A DNA stretch of 64,000 nucleotides, taken from contig NJBI01000002.1 of assembly GCA_005222975.1 (NCBI GenBank), positions 1-64,000 on the forward strand, read 5' to 3'. Below are positions 29,413 to 40,328 of the stretch, one piece after another; positions within the stretch are counted from its first letter, which is position 1; each line of letters opens with the position of its first letter. The position numbers and the translations under genes are program-made. Source of the stretch: Promethearchaeota archaeon Loki_b31 (GTDB taxonomy: Archaea; Asgardarchaeota; Lokiarchaeia; Sigyniarchaeales; SOKP01). The notes under the pieces are model-generated. The model was not told the origin of the DNA. It searched no databases and saw only the letters and a list, made by a program, of their open reading frames with translations.

Positions 29413-30138
29413 TTGTCTTACTTTGAATCTAGGTTAAAAATAAACTTAAACGATTTCGCAGAGATTGAGAGAAAGTTAAAATTCTGTCAAGAATTGCGGA
29501 TAACCAATTTAATTTTAGAACCAAAAAATGACATCATAAAGCTCAATTCAGAGTTGAAGCAGCGAATTAGTAAAATCTCGACTCTGAACCTCTACTATCG
29601 CATTAATTTGAGGCCAAATAGCCTAAACGACCTAAAAAAACTAATACAACTTTATAATAATTTCTCAGATATTATTTCGGTGGAATCTATGGATAAAAAC
29701 ATTCAAATTCAAGCTGCTAAAGATTCTCGAGTGGATATAATTTCGTTTTCAGACCAAAATGTAATCAAGACAATTTCTCCAGGAATTATTTCCCTTATAA
29801 AACAAAATAGGTCTTTCATAGAATTTTCGCTAGCATCAATAATGACGAGAAACCAAGCAGTTCAATCGAGGTACTTGAGGAGTTTATATCGTGCAGTCCA
29901 ATTAGCAATGCAATTAAAAGTTAACTACATTATAAGTGGAAATTTTGACGACATCTTTAAACTAAGACATCCTAGGGCTTTAATTAGCGTTTGTCATACG
30001 TTGTTGGGCATACCTTTATTGAGCGCCAAGAAAGCTTTTTCTGAAAATGTGTTAACCTTAATAAATCGCGTACAGGCACGTCAAGACAAGAATATCATCG
30101 AATCCGGGGTAAAGCTATTAAACGAGGGTGAGCTATAG
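29413..30138 (+). CDS. rnp3: RNase P protein component Rpp30
   Basis: AAKDSRVDIIS, IEFSL, IISG...LRHPR; adjacent to Pop5. Confidence 0.8.
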   Translation: MSYFESRLKINLNDFAEIERKLKFCQELRITNLILEPKNDIIKLNSELKQRISKISTLNLYYRINLRPNSLNDLKKLIQLYNNFSDIISVESMDKNIQIQAAKDSRVDIISFSDQNVIKTISPGIISLIKQNRSFIEFSLASIMTRNQAVQSRYLRSLYRAVQLAMQLKVNYIISGNFDDIFKLRHPRALISVCHTLLGIPLLSAKKAFSENVLTLINRVQARQDKNIIESGVKLLNEGEL

Positions 30139-30479
30139 TGGTAAAAAAAGAAAGAAATAGGTACATTCTATTCAAAGTAATTGCAAAAGGAAACTCCGAT
30201 TTGGACCAAAGAGAGGTTTTAAACGCTATTTGGCAATCAATTTGGAAATATTTTGGATTGAGAGAAGCAAGTAAGATCGGCTTATGGCTGTTAGATATAG
30301 ATTTCAAGGAAGGTTTCGGCGTCATTCGGTGTTCTCATAACACGAAGGAAATAGTTATTTCGGCAATAACTCTGATTACTGAAATATCTAGCAAAAAGGT
30401 AATTTTATCTCCAATAAAGACTTCCGGAACGATTCGTAGCATAAAGACTTTAAAAAAATTAATAACAAATAAAGGATAA
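30138..30479 (+). CDS. rnp2: RNase P protein component Pop5/Rpp14
   Basis: RNRYILF, YFG, GVIRCSH, KTSGTIR. Confidence 0.9.
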   Translation: MVKKERNRYILFKVIAKGNSDLDQREVLNAIWQSIWKYFGLREASKIGLWLLDIDFKEGFGVIRCSHNTKEIVISAITLITEISSKKVILSPIKTSGTIRSIKTLKKLITNKG

Positions 30480-30512
30480 ATTAATTAGATATTACAATCA
30501 TTAAAAAAGAAA

Positions 30513-30953
30513 ATGAAAAAACCAAGCCTTACAGTCGCCCAAATCAAAGAAATTGACGAATCTTTTAACTTAAATTTGAATATTTCATTATTACACATTA
30601 AAGAGAAACACAAATACAGTTATTTATTAATTGTCAAATCAGAAACTACCAGATTTGCAAAATTAACAATATACCCTATAAAAAAAGAAAATGTCATAAA
30701 GGTTACATTAACGGGTTTAAACCAAATTGATGAATATATAGAAAACTTCTCTATGAAACTTCACGAATACGAGATCATTCATTCTTCGGGGTTGGTTTTG
30801 GTGGAGGGAAAATTATTTTTTGAGTGCTACCTTAATCTTTCATTAGGTGACGAAAAACATAAAGATTTAAAAACGCTTTTGGATAAGAATAAAAATAAAT
30901 TCAAAGATATAAAAATAGAAGAAATAAGTTTAGCTAAAAGTAAAGTGAATTAA
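30513..30953 (+). CDS. Hypothetical protein
   Basis: 146-aa ORF in an operon-like run. Confidence 0.6.
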   Translation: MKKPSLTVAQIKEIDESFNLNLNISLLHIKEKHKYSYLLIVKSETTRFAKLTIYPIKKENVIKVTLTGLNQIDEYIENFSMKLHEYEIIHSSGLVLVEGKLFFECYLNLSLGDEKHKDLKTLLDKNKNKFKDIKIEEISLAKSKVN

Positions 30954-30957
30954 ATAA

Positions 30958-31407
30958 ATGAAAACATGGAAAGTTTTTCTGAAATTCTCTGATGGTACGG
31001 AAAAAGAGCTAGAATTATTCGATGCTAATGTATATTTTAATGGGTATTTAAAATTAAAAAGGTCTTACTTTATACGTTTGGTAAAAGCAATAAAGATGAC
31101 TAAAAAATATACTACTGGACACGCGATTGAGAAAATCATTGGACCGGATGCAAAAGAATGGACTTTAAACGCTTGGATGTTGCTTTTGATCAAAGATAAC
31201 GAAAAAAAGAAGCCGTTTTGGCTTTTCATTAAAAGAGAGAAAGATTTATCTGGTCTACTAATTGCGATAGGGCCAAAAGCGTTCGCAGAATATAATAATA
31301 GTAATATGCTTGAAGCAAAGCGTGATATAAAGCGATTAATAAATTACATTATAGCGTATTTAAACAAGTTTAATTGTAGCGTCCTACTTCCCAATTATCT
31401 CCCTTAA
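30958..31407 (+). CDS. Hypothetical protein
   Basis: 149-aa ORF 4 bp after the previous gene. Confidence 0.6.
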   Translation: MKTWKVFLKFSDGTEKELELFDANVYFNGYLKLKRSYFIRLVKAIKMTKKYTTGHAIEKIIGPDAKEWTLNAWMLLLIKDNEKKKPFWLFIKREKDLSGLLIAIGPKAFAEYNNSNMLEAKRDIKRLINYIIAYLNKFNCSVLLPNYLP

Positions 31408-31555
31408 ATTGAGGTTTTACGCCATCATTATAGAGATGAGTTCTTTTATTAAAATATAATGAATGATAATATTTGATTAATATCGTTAATAATTAATTAA
31501 GTAAAGAAAAAATATTAAATTCAATTTTAATTATCATTTTTAATTAAATGCTAAA

Positions 31556-32410
31556 TTGAACAATTCAAAAAGTGGATATAGAACTTTGAAAAAAAACACA
31601 ATAAAATTCTTAACTCTAATTGTCATAACCCAAATATTCTTGAGCTCCATATTTTTAATAACAAATGGCTATGGAGATCCAATTGAAATTAAAGTAGGTT
31701 TTGGAGCTGCCCCCGTTATAGACGGGATCATTGATGGCACTACGGGCGAGTGGGATCAAGCCAAGAAGCAAAACATTAACTTATATCCCAATATATCCGT
31801 TCCAGAAAACGGATTGGCAATTGACTTATGGGTCATACAAGAGGGTTTAAACTTATATATATTAGTACGATTTGACTTGCAAGATCATGGTTCTAGTAAA
31901 TACGATAACGAGTTCATAGGAATATTAATTGCGGATGAAGGTTCTAACTCTGATTTTGCTGACGCTAAAATTGTTCAATATTCAAACATAAGTGAGAACA
32001 CATTTCAATATCTAGATTACCATATTAATGATACAGAGTACGAAGAAGATATTATTTCTAATGGAGCCGGTGCAGCTAACTTAGAGGAAAATCAAATAAC
32101 ATATGAATTTTCAATGCCGGTTAAAGATACTGAAGATGAAGTTCAAGATGTTTATTTAAATTATCAGGATTTTTATGATTTTAAAATTGTGTTCGGAAAT
32201 AAAACAGCGCTTTACCCAGATGATATTATGATTTCAAATATAGTATCATTATTTTTAGAATATAAACCAGGAGGTCCTGACAAACCGTTAAGCGAATTAA
32301 TAATGTTTATTTCAACAATCGTTATTTTCAGCATAATTAGCGCTCTTTATATTTTTTATATATATCGAATAACTCAACTCAAGAAAGAAATCAGAAGAAT
32401 AAGGAGTTAA
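31556..32410 (+). CDS. Secreted membrane-anchored protein (CBM9/DOMON-like)
   Basis: N-terminal signal/TM, PVIDGIID...EW, LYILV, YEFSMP, C-terminal TM plus basic tail. Confidence 0.6.
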   Translation: MNNSKSGYRTLKKNTIKFLTLIVITQIFLSSIFLITNGYGDPIEIKVGFGAAPVIDGIIDGTTGEWDQAKKQNINLYPNISVPENGLAIDLWVIQEGLNLYILVRFDLQDHGSSKYDNEFIGILIADEGSNSDFADAKIVQYSNISENTFQYLDYHINDTEYEEDIISNGAGAANLEENQITYEFSMPVKDTEDEVQDVYLNYQDFYDFKIVFGNKTALYPDDIMISNIVSLFLEYKPGGPDKPLSELIMFISTIVIFSIISALYIFYIYRITQLKKEIRRIRS

Positions 32411-32411
32411 C

Positions 32412-32828
32412 ATGTCAAAAATTAATAAAAATAGTGTTAAATCACAACCAACTAAAAAGAAGGAAAGATTAGAAGAAAAATTTGCATATCGTTCAGTTAT
32501 TCTCTCTGCGATATTTGGAGGGCTATTTTTAACAATTTCAATTTTATTAAATGGAGAAATAATTACATTATTTCTGGGTGATAACCCATTTTTGTTAGCT
32601 TTAGATATTACAATTAAAGTTCTCGTTATTCTAATATTTAACATTTTAATCATGATTAGTCTTGGGAATTACAAAGAATTAACGGGCAAACCAGTAGATT
32701 TTAAAATAATAGGGCTGTTATTTTTCTTTTCGTTAATTCAAGCATTTAGAGATTCGTTGGTTTTCTCCTTTACTCTAGTAGGTCTATTAACTATCGTTCT
32801 TTACTTGTATTTAGTTCAAGAGAGCTGA
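32412..32828 (+). CDS. Membrane protein
   Basis: About four hydrophobic segments. Confidence 0.65.
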   Translation: MSKINKNSVKSQPTKKKERLEEKFAYRSVILSAIFGGLFLTISILLNGEIITLFLGDNPFLLALDITIKVLVILIFNILIMISLGNYKELTGKPVDFKIIGLLFFFSLIQAFRDSLVFSFTLVGLLTIVLYLYLVQES

Positions 32829-32862
32829 AAGTCATTATTTTTTTAACATTTTAAATTCAAAC

Positions 32863-33606
32863 ATGAAAAGCAATTTACTGTTTATTGGTCACAGAGGGAC
32901 TAGAATCAATAACAATGAAAATACGTTAAAATCATTCGAAGCAGCGATTAAATCCGGAGCTCAGTACATTGAATTTGATGTTCGGAGATTGAACGATGGA
33001 AATTTGTTGGTCTTTCATGATGCCTTCATAGACTGGACTATAGTTGGCTCTGTGTATCTAAAAGATTTAACTTACGATGAACTGAAAAATTGTAAAACTA
33101 AAATTAGAACTGCTGAAATTCCTCTTTTATCTGAAGTGTTAGATAAACTTGCAAAAAGGACGAAGTTCATGATTGAATTAAAAGAAGAAGAAATAAAAAA
33201 TGATGTAATCAATATGGTGATTAAGAAAGGATTATTAAAAGATTGCGTTATTTGCGGAAGAAATTATGATTTATTAAAGATAATTAAAAAAGAATTTCCT
33301 AAATGTCAAGTTTGTTATAATATTACTAAAGGAAAGGGATTAAATTTAAAAGAATTTATAAAATTGGGGAATCAGAAGAATTTACATTTCATACCAGACA
33401 TGATAAGTTTAAAGTCAAATTTAATTAAAGCTAATTTTATAGACATTTGTCACGAAAACGGTATTAAAGCTCTTGCTTGGGACTTTATTAAATACGCTAA
33501 TTCTGTTAAAATGATTAAAGATTTAATTAAACTTCAAATAGATGGGATTTTATTTGATGATCATAAAAATATTAAAATTATAAAGCAGTGGTTAAAAAAA
33601 GCTTAA
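32863..33606 (+). CDS. Glycerophosphodiester phosphodiesterase
   Basis: GHRG, ENT, IEFDVR, VFHD, IELK. Confidence 0.92.
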   Translation: MKSNLLFIGHRGTRINNNENTLKSFEAAIKSGAQYIEFDVRRLNDGNLLVFHDAFIDWTIVGSVYLKDLTYDELKNCKTKIRTAEIPLLSEVLDKLAKRTKFMIELKEEEIKNDVINMVIKKGLLKDCVICGRNYDLLKIIKKEFPKCQVCYNITKGKGLNLKEFIKLGNQKNLHFIPDMISLKSNLIKANFIDICHENGIKALAWDFIKYANSVKMIKDLIKLQIDGILFDDHKNIKIIKQWLKKA

Positions 33607-35660
33607 CTTAATTTCGTTATTTTAGATGTTCCGGGAGGAAGTATAAGGATAATATCGTCTAAAGACAAAATTTTTACCCACTTTTTATTATCCACTTCAG
33701 AGTTATTAAGAAAGATTGATTTCAATTCCTTTGCTAACTTTCCTTTGGTTAGTCCAGATTTTGAAGGTTTAATTAGTATTGAATTGCTTGTTTTATTTTT
33801 AATGGTGCCTGATGGCTCGCAAATTACTTGCGGATATAATATTTTAACATTCGGATTAGCTCCGTCTTTGATTTCTATGAACTCTAATCGAAGAGTTAAC
33901 TCAGTTTTAGCGTCTTTAATTACATTCTTCTTTCCAGAAATCATAAAAGAGCCTTTAGGTAAATACTCGCCAGAAGGAGGTGTTTTTGAAATTTGATTCG
34001 CTAAAACATAAAAAACATCAACAACGCCCCAATTTTCTTTCCAAGCTATAGAAAAACTTGCTACGAAGTCAGCCGCCTCCTTAATTGAACTTTCGGGAAT
34101 TTCTTTATTTTCTGGATTTTTAATTACGGTTAGAGGAGAGCCCGGAAAATTTGTGTGAAAAATTAAATCGTAAGGCGTTATATATTTTTTAAATATCGTT
34201 TCGTTCGAACTCGCGTCCCTTCCGCCAATTACTAAGAAACCATCTGAAGAAATAAACCACCTAAATTTTTCATACCATTTTTTTGTTGGTTTTTTAATTA
34301 AAAAATTCACTTCTAATTCGATTGATTCTTTTTTAAGTTTTAGTTTTTCAACGTTGCTTTTTGTTTTTTCAATTGCCGGAAATGTTCCGGTTAATTTCTT
34401 TTCTGCTTTTTTACCTTTAGAATAAATTAAGTTTGCGTTTTCGCCAACCGATTTATTTAAATCCAAATATACTTCGTTATTGTTAATGTCAATTACAACT
34501 TGTTTGGTTGCGGGGATTATTTTAACAAAAAATGCTAACTCTTCTAAGCTTTCGTTTTTAGCACTTTGTAATTTAGCGTTAATTTCTTCCCAACCGTAGC
34601 CTTTAGCTTTTGCGTCTAAAATTCCATCAAATAACTTATATATGGCATTAAAATTGGCGTATATAAAATCTCCATATTCGTAATACATGTCTTTTCTTAT
34701 TTTGAGTTCTTCAAGGTATTCTTGTTGATTTCTTAATATCTTTTCCTGAGATTTTATTTTTTGATTGATTGATTGATCTTGTGGCGTTATCAAATTACTG
34801 GAATCTATTTTTGAAAAGTATTCATCAACAGCGTCATTAAAAGAATTCACTTGTTTTTTCTTATTGTTTTTGAAAAGTTCTAATTCAAAAGGGATAACGG
34901 AGATCTCTTCTTCGTCCTCATTAAAAACAATCTGTGCATTTATTTCACCAAAAAGCAATTTATTTCTTAAGTTTTTGAAAGCGTGAAATAATAAATTCAA
35001 TTCTTCTTGATTTAGATCGTTACTGTTTTTAGATTTATCAATCTTTGCCATATGACAAATTTCTTCACCATATAATCCTGAAATGTTTATATTTCGTGCT
35101 AAAATTCTTACTATTTCACCCTCAAAATTATGAATAATTTCGTTAAAGTCATTTTGATTAATAGTTAGAAAATCTATTCCCCTAGATTTTGGATATATGT
35201 ATTCTCTATTAGCTAAAATATCCCTATCTCTATATTTGCTGTAGCGTTTTGCTATTTTTACAAGGTTTTTATCGTCTAATACTATATAATTTCCCTTATT
35301 GAATAGTTCTATTATAAATTTCCAGGGTTTTCCCTCTATATTGCTTAATTCGAATATAATAATTCTATCAAAATTATGTTGATTGATTGCTAAAATTCTT
35401 CTATTCTTTAGAAGTTTTCTTAGAGACCCAATGTATTGACTTGGATATTTTGGTATTGGGTAATCGTAATTAGTAAAATTTATACGCGAATCGTTTTTAA
35501 CGATTAATATTTTTTTTTCATTTAATTTAGTCTTAATTTTTAAAATTAATATATCCTCAATTTCGTAGATATTAGTAATTTTACCTTGAGTTAGAACTAA
35601 ATCTAATTCTTTCGTAATAGCAAATACATCGAAATTTGAAAATTTAATATTTTTTTTCAT
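33603..35660 (-). CDS. rqcH: Ribosome rescue protein RqcH/NEMF (NFACT family)
   Basis: FDRII, IELF.KGN, WYEKFRWF.SSDG.LVIGGRDA, PPSGEYLPKGSFMI.G. Confidence 0.9.
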   Translation of the reverse strand: MKKNIKFSNFDVFAITKELDLVLTQGKITNIYEIEDILILKIKTKLNEKKILIVKNDSRINFTNYDYPIPKYPSQYIGSLRKLLKNRRILAINQHNFDRIIIFELSNIEGKPWKFIIELFNKGNYIVLDDKNLVKIAKRYSKYRDRDILANREYIYPKSRGIDFLTINQNDFNEIIHNFEGEIVRILARNINISGLYGEEICHMAKIDKSKNSNDLNQEELNLLFHAFKNLRNKLLFGEINAQIVFNEDEEEISVIPFELELFKNNKKKQVNSFNDAVDEYFSKIDSSNLITPQDQSINQKIKSQEKILRNQQEYLEELKIRKDMYYEYGDFIYANFNAIYKLFDGILDAKAKGYGWEEINAKLQSAKNESLEELAFFVKIIPATKQVVIDINNNEVYLDLNKSVGENANLIYSKGKKAEKKLTGTFPAIEKTKSNVEKLKLKKESIELEVNFLIKKPTKKWYEKFRWFISSDGFLVIGGRDASSNETIFKKYITPYDLIFHTNFPGSPLTVIKNPENKEIPESSIKEAADFVASFSIAWKENWGVVDVFYVLANQISKTPPSGEYLPKGSFMISGKKNVIKDAKTELTLRLEFIEIKDGANPNVKILYPQVICEPSGTIKNKTSNSILIKPSKSGLTKGKLAKELKSIFLNNSEVDNKKWVKILSLDDIILILPPGTSKITKLS

Positions 35661-35773
35661 TGTATATTATAATGATTCTCTTTTTTTTTCTTTTATTAAA
35701 ATATCAAAAATAAATTGAACTAAATCTAATTTACAAAATTTTAATAAAAAAAATAATATTAATAATACTAATT

Positions 35774-36193
35774 ATGGGAAAAAAAGATAAACGGCCGAAA
35801 AGGGTTAATATTAAAAAAGAACGGCAAAGACTTATAAAAGAGAAAAAAAAACTACTTCCAAAGCAAGATCTTCAGGTGGATAAAAAAGCGACCAAAAAGA
35901 TTGATATTCGATTAGAAAAAGAGACAAGATTATATTGGGTAAGAGCGATTTCAGGCGCTTTAAGCGGGTTAATAGGAAGATTGTTGTTTGATTTGTATGG
36001 TTGGAGGTTGTTAATTTGGATGTTATGTTTTTGGATTATTACGCCATTTTTTGTTAGTTTTATTGTGTATAAATACGAATACGATAAAGAGGAATGGAGC
36101 TGGAAGAATATTATAAAACCAGGTATTGGAATATTTTTCTTATTATTTATGATTGTTACTGTTATTACACATACATTTTTAGCTTTTCTCTGA
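35774..36193 (+). CDS. EMC6-like membrane protein
   Basis: Basic N-terminus, LYWVR...G..G, three TM segments. Confidence 0.45.
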   Translation: MGKKDKRPKRVNIKKERQRLIKEKKKLLPKQDLQVDKKATKKIDIRLEKETRLYWVRAISGALSGLIGRLLFDLYGWRLLIWMLCFWIITPFFVSFIVYKYEYDKEEWSWKNIIKPGIGIFFLLFMIVTVITHTFLAFL

Positions 36194-36199
36194 ATCGAA

Positions 36200-36703
36200 C
36201 TATAATTGTATTGTTTGTTTTATTTTCTTCTCAATCTTCCCCTTAGAACTAAAGACAATTTCGTCCAATTTATATATCCTGTTGCAGTATATGCATTGAA
36301 TTTTCAGTGGTTTTTCTTCTAGAACCATGAATTCTGTTTCAATTGGTTCATTGGAATTAGAAATGCACGTCTTGTTCCGGCATAAAATTAATTTCTTAAT
36401 TACTTCAGGGAGGTTTACCTTTTTCTTTTCAATAACCTTATATTCTTCAATTAAAGAGATATTCGCATTTGGAGAAAGTATAGAAATTTGTTGCATTTGT
36501 TTTTTGTTAAGAAATACGCCTTCAATTTTTATAATATCTTTTCTTTGATATTTCTTAGACGAAACATTAACACCAATTGTAATAAGATTTGGAGATTCGT
36601 CAAGTCCCGTTAAACTCATAATAGTTAACGCGTATCCGGCGTCAATATGGTCAATAACAGTTCCCTTCTTTAATCTGGCTATTTTTAATTTTTCTTCCAA
36701 CAT
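36200..36703 (-). CDS. pyrI: Aspartate carbamoyltransferase regulatory subunit
   Basis: GTVIDHI, KDIIKIE, CxNxxC and CxxC zinc ligands. Confidence 0.95.
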   Translation of the reverse strand: MLEEKLKIARLKKGTVIDHIDAGYALTIMSLTGLDESPNLITIGVNVSSKKYQRKDIIKIEGVFLNKKQMQQISILSPNANISLIEEYKVIEKKKVNLPEVIKKLILCRNKTCISNSNEPIETEFMVLEEKPLKIQCIYCNRIYKLDEIVFSSKGKIEKKIKQTIQL

Positions 36704-36767
36704 TTTCTTAATTATTAAAAATTATTTAATTGAAAAATTTTACTAAATAAATTATTACTTTAATTTC

Positions 36768-37859
36768 TTAAATTAATATTAATATCGATATAAAAAATAA
36801 AACTGTTGACACAATAAAATTATAAGACAAGTTATCGTCAACCTCCAAATCCAAAAAATCTAAAAATCCAATAATTACAGCTCCAACTAAGGGAATTAAA
36901 ATTAAACTTACGGGTTTTAACATATACACTTGTCTTAAAAGCAATAAAGTGATAATTCCAGAGATATATGCAACACCCATACCCGCAAATAAACCCTCAT
37001 AAGTTTTTTTTGTATTTCGAATATTCTTGCGCCCAAATTTTTTTCCGACTAAATTTGCAGTCATATCAGCAAAAATTGACATCGTCATTGAAGTGCAAAT
37101 TACCAATGGACCTATAGGTTGAAACATCCCATATAAGATTATTATTGAAAAACAACCAATTCCCATGGATATATGTGGGCCCAATCTCATGTGTCGCTCT
37201 TTTTTTCTTAAAATTCGATTAACTGGCTTCAAAGGGTAGAGGTCTGGTCTTAAAATTCTAATAAAATCGGCAGATAACATACCAAGTAAAGAGACTCCAA
37301 CTAAAAAAACTACTAAATATTGAGTAAAAATCATTTTATTAACCTCTATGTTATAGATGGAAAAGAAGATCTCTGAAATGATATTAGGGAAAAATTCTAA
37401 AACATCTCTAAATATGTTTTGAACTAGAAAACCTAAAGTGAAGTAAAAAAAAACAATCCCTAAAACAACCAAATGAGTTAATTTTCTATAAAGTTCGTAT
37501 TTAAATGGAAGCACCTCAGAGAATAAGGAGAAATCTTCTTTCCAAGGTTTCTCTTTTAAATCTCTTTTAACAATTCGCTTTTCTCTATAAATCGAATAAT
37601 AAAAAAGAGGAAGAAAAAATATGATAAAGATTATCATAAAAATATCAAATGGAAAAACTATAAAATCAATATTCGAAATGTGTAAAAAGTTGATAGTAAT
37701 TAAATTGATTGTTATACTAATTATTAGTATTAGAGAGTTTACCAAATTATTAATAAAGGCCCCTCTTTCGCCTCTTTTCTTCGCTAAAAGGGCGGTATAT
37801 AATGAGATTAACCCATAAAGGTATAAGGTGCTTGTAATAATAAATGATAAAATATTCAA
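36768..37859 (-). CDS. Dolichol/phytol kinase-like membrane protein
   Basis: RKLTH, AD..A.LVG..FG, KKTYEG, DDNL. Confidence 0.8.
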   Translation of the reverse strand: MNILSFIITSTLYLYGLISLYTALLAKKRGERGAFINNLVNSLILIISITINLITINFLHISNIDFIVFPFDIFMIIFIIFFLPLFYYSIYREKRIVKRDLKEKPWKEDFSLFSEVLPFKYELYRKLTHLVVLGIVFFYFTLGFLVQNIFRDVLEFFPNIISEIFFSIYNIEVNKMIFTQYLVVFLVGVSLLGMLSADFIRILRPDLYPLKPVNRILRKKERHMRLGPHISMGIGCFSIIILYGMFQPIGPLVICTSMTMSIFADMTANLVGKKFGRKNIRNTKKTYEGLFAGMGVAYISGIITLLLLRQVYMLKPVSLILIPLVGAVIIGFLDFLDLEVDDNLSYNFIVSTVLFFISILILI

Positions 37860-37971
37860 AAATTAACAATCTCCTTAAGTTTTCTTATAGATATTATCTG
37901 TGAAATATTAAAATCTTTATTAAAATTGAATTGATAAACAATTAAATTAAAAAAAAAATTGAAAATTTGAC

Positions 37972-39372
37972 CTAAAAACGGGTTTCGTCAATATTGGGCA
38001 TATCCGGTGCGGTTAAAGCTTTTTGAATTTCTTCATACGGTAGCTCGTAATCTACTAAATTGCCATTCATGTATTCTTTGTATGCTAATAAGTCGAAAAA
38101 TCCATGACCACTTAGACAGAATATAATATTCTTCTTTTCGTTGTTTTCTTTAGCTAATAAGGCTTGATCTACTGTTTCTTTTACAGCGTGAGCCGCTTCA
38201 GGTGCGGGTAATATGCCCTCTGTTTTAGCAAACATTAATCCTGACGCAATAGCTTCAGTTTGATGGTGCATAACAGACGAGATTATCTTCTTACTTGATA
38301 AAATTGAAATTATCGGCGCCATACCATGGTAACGTAAGCCTCCTGAGTGAATTGGGCTAGGAATGAAATTATGTCCGAGCGTGTACATTTTTAAAATTGG
38401 AGCTTTTTTCGCAGAATCTCCGTAATCCCATCTGTACTCTCCTTTATTAACGCTTGGACAAGCTCTTGGTTCTACTCCAATGATCTCTATATCAGGGTTT
38501 TTGCCTTGCAGTTTGTCTCTAACGAAGGGTATCATTAATCCTCCTAGATTAGACCCCCCACCCATACATCCTATTAATATATCAGGTTGAATATGAATTT
38601 TGTTAAGTTGAGCTTTCACCTCTTGTCCTATTATCGTCTGATGTAATAGGACAAAATTTACAACGCTACCCAACGAATATCTTGCTTTATCACTTCTCAT
38701 ACTATGCTCTACTGCTTCAGATATAGCTATTCCTAGACTTCCGGGGTGATCTGGATCGTTTTCATAGTAATATTTTCCAGAATCCGTAAGGTTAGAGGGG
38801 CTTGCATGAACTTGTGCATTAAAAGCCCTCATTAATATATTTCTTCCAGGTTTTTGCAAAAAACTAGCTCGTACCATGTAAACCGTACAATTTAAATCGA
38901 ATAAATTGCACCCGTAGGACAAAGCTGAACCCCATTGACCAGCCCCAGTTTCAGTGATCAACTCACTTACTCCATCTCTTTTAGAATAATAGGCTTGAAC
39001 TAAAGCTGTATTTGGTTTGTGTGAACCTGTTGGAGAGACTGATTCGTTTTTAAAAAAAATTTTAATGTCATCGCCTACTATTCCAAGTTCTTTTTCTAAA
39101 CCATAGGCTCTATGAAGAGGGGTGGGGCGGTATGATTTTGCAAAAATCTCCCTTAATTCTTTCGGGATGGGGATTAATGGATCTTGAGAAATTTCTTGAA
39201 GTACACACTCTTTTGGAAATATTGCAAAAGCAAGTTCTGGAGGTGCAGGTTTTCCATCCATTGGATTTATTAAGGGCGTCATAGGAGCAGGTAAATCGGG
39301 TAAAATATTAACCCATTCCTTTGGTAACTCGTTTGGTTCGAGTAAAATTCTTGTTTTATTAAAATCTATCAT
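37972..39372 (-). CDS. trpB2: Tryptophan synthase beta chain 2 (TrpB2)
   Basis: RPTPL.RA, SPTGSHKPNTA, TETGAGQWG, HSGGLRYHG, LSGHG. Confidence 0.93.
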   Translation of the reverse strand: MIDFNKTRILLEPNELPKEWVNILPDLPAPMTPLINPMDGKPAPPELAFAIFPKECVLQEISQDPLIPIPKELREIFAKSYRPTPLHRAYGLEKELGIVGDDIKIFFKNESVSPTGSHKPNTALVQAYYSKRDGVSELITETGAGQWGSALSYGCNLFDLNCTVYMVRASFLQKPGRNILMRAFNAQVHASPSNLTDSGKYYYENDPDHPGSLGIAISEAVEHSMRSDKARYSLGSVVNFVLLHQTIIGQEVKAQLNKIHIQPDILIGCMGGGSNLGGLMIPFVRDKLQGKNPDIEIIGVEPRACPSVNKGEYRWDYGDSAKKAPILKMYTLGHNFIPSPIHSGGLRYHGMAPIISILSSKKIISSVMHHQTEAIASGLMFAKTEGILPAPEAAHAVKETVDQALLAKENNEKKNIIFCLSGHGFFDLLAYKEYMNGNLVDYELPYEEIQKALTAPDMPNIDETRF

Positions 39373-39672
39373 ATCATATTCCTTTTTAATATTATTTCAT
39401 CATCTATTTTATTTGATGTCTCATTTTAAGATTGGAGCCCAATTATAATAATGCCCAATTGCAAATGCAATTGAAATTTAAAATTCGATGTTTAGAAATA
39501 AAAAGAGCACGAAGTATGGTTTAACCATTGAAAAAGCGTTTTCAGGAACGCCAAGGCCACTGCCAACAAAAAAGAATATCTTCAGTAACCATAGATATAA
39601 ACCATGCTTTTATATAGTGATATTATTGTCAGAAACTTATAAAGTTAATCCTCTGTGTTAAAAATGTATCTG

Positions 39673-40080
39673 TTATTTCCCTTCAAAAATACTTGCTAAA
39701 TTTTTAGCTGCTACCCTCATTACCTTAACGGTCTTCATTAAAGTGTCAATAAGTGTTCCCGCACATACAATTACTAAACGTCCGGCATTACTAACGATAA
39801 TGTAACCATCTTCTGCCCTCACAATTATTTCACTTAGCTCCTCTTGAAATAATGTTTTGATTGTTGAGCTTCCGGTCATCAGCAAAGCGCTCGCAAGCCC
39901 ACAGAATTGATCCCCGTCTACTTTATATTGCGGAAGCGCCGAAAATGCGATCTGGTACCCTTCTACGCTTACGAGGGCAATGGCTTCTATGTCTGCGTTT
40001 GAAGTAATAAATGTAATTTGAGGGCTAATTTTTTCAATTTCTTCAGGTCCTATTCCTAAGTCGCTTCCAAATTCGATAAT
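39673..40080 (-). CDS. Roadblock/LC7 domain protein (probable ATT/ATC start; ORF track starts at 39885)
   Basis: Frame open upstream: DIEAIALVSVEGYQIA...LASAL...EIIVRAEDGYIIV; in-frame TGA just upstream of 40083. Confidence 0.85.
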   Translation of the reverse strand: MIEFGSDLGIGPEEIEKISPQITFITSNADIEAIALVSVEGYQIAFSALPQYKVDGDQFCGLASALLMTGSSTIKTLFQEELSEIIVRAEDGYIIVSNAGRLVIVCAGTLIDTLMKTVKVMRVAAKNLASIFEGK

Positions 40081-40328
40081 ACATCACATTCTGGGGTAAT
40101 TTTTTAATTTATTTGAATTTAAAGATTTTACAATATTTTAATTATAATTAATATAATGTTGATACTTTTTATTTTTTTATTTTTTGTTCCTCGTACTTTT
40201 AATAGAGTTACTATTTAAATCTTTTATCTGAAGAAAATAAAATCCTTAAAAAATAATTTCTATTGCTAAAAGTTAAAATAGATCATTATTATTCTATATA
40301 AAATTAAATTTGAAAAAACAACGAAATT

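Noticed and set aside
31430-31480. Fluoride-riboswitch-like GAGATGAGTTC
   Set aside because: Downstream pseudoknot segment absent; no fluoride-related gene follows
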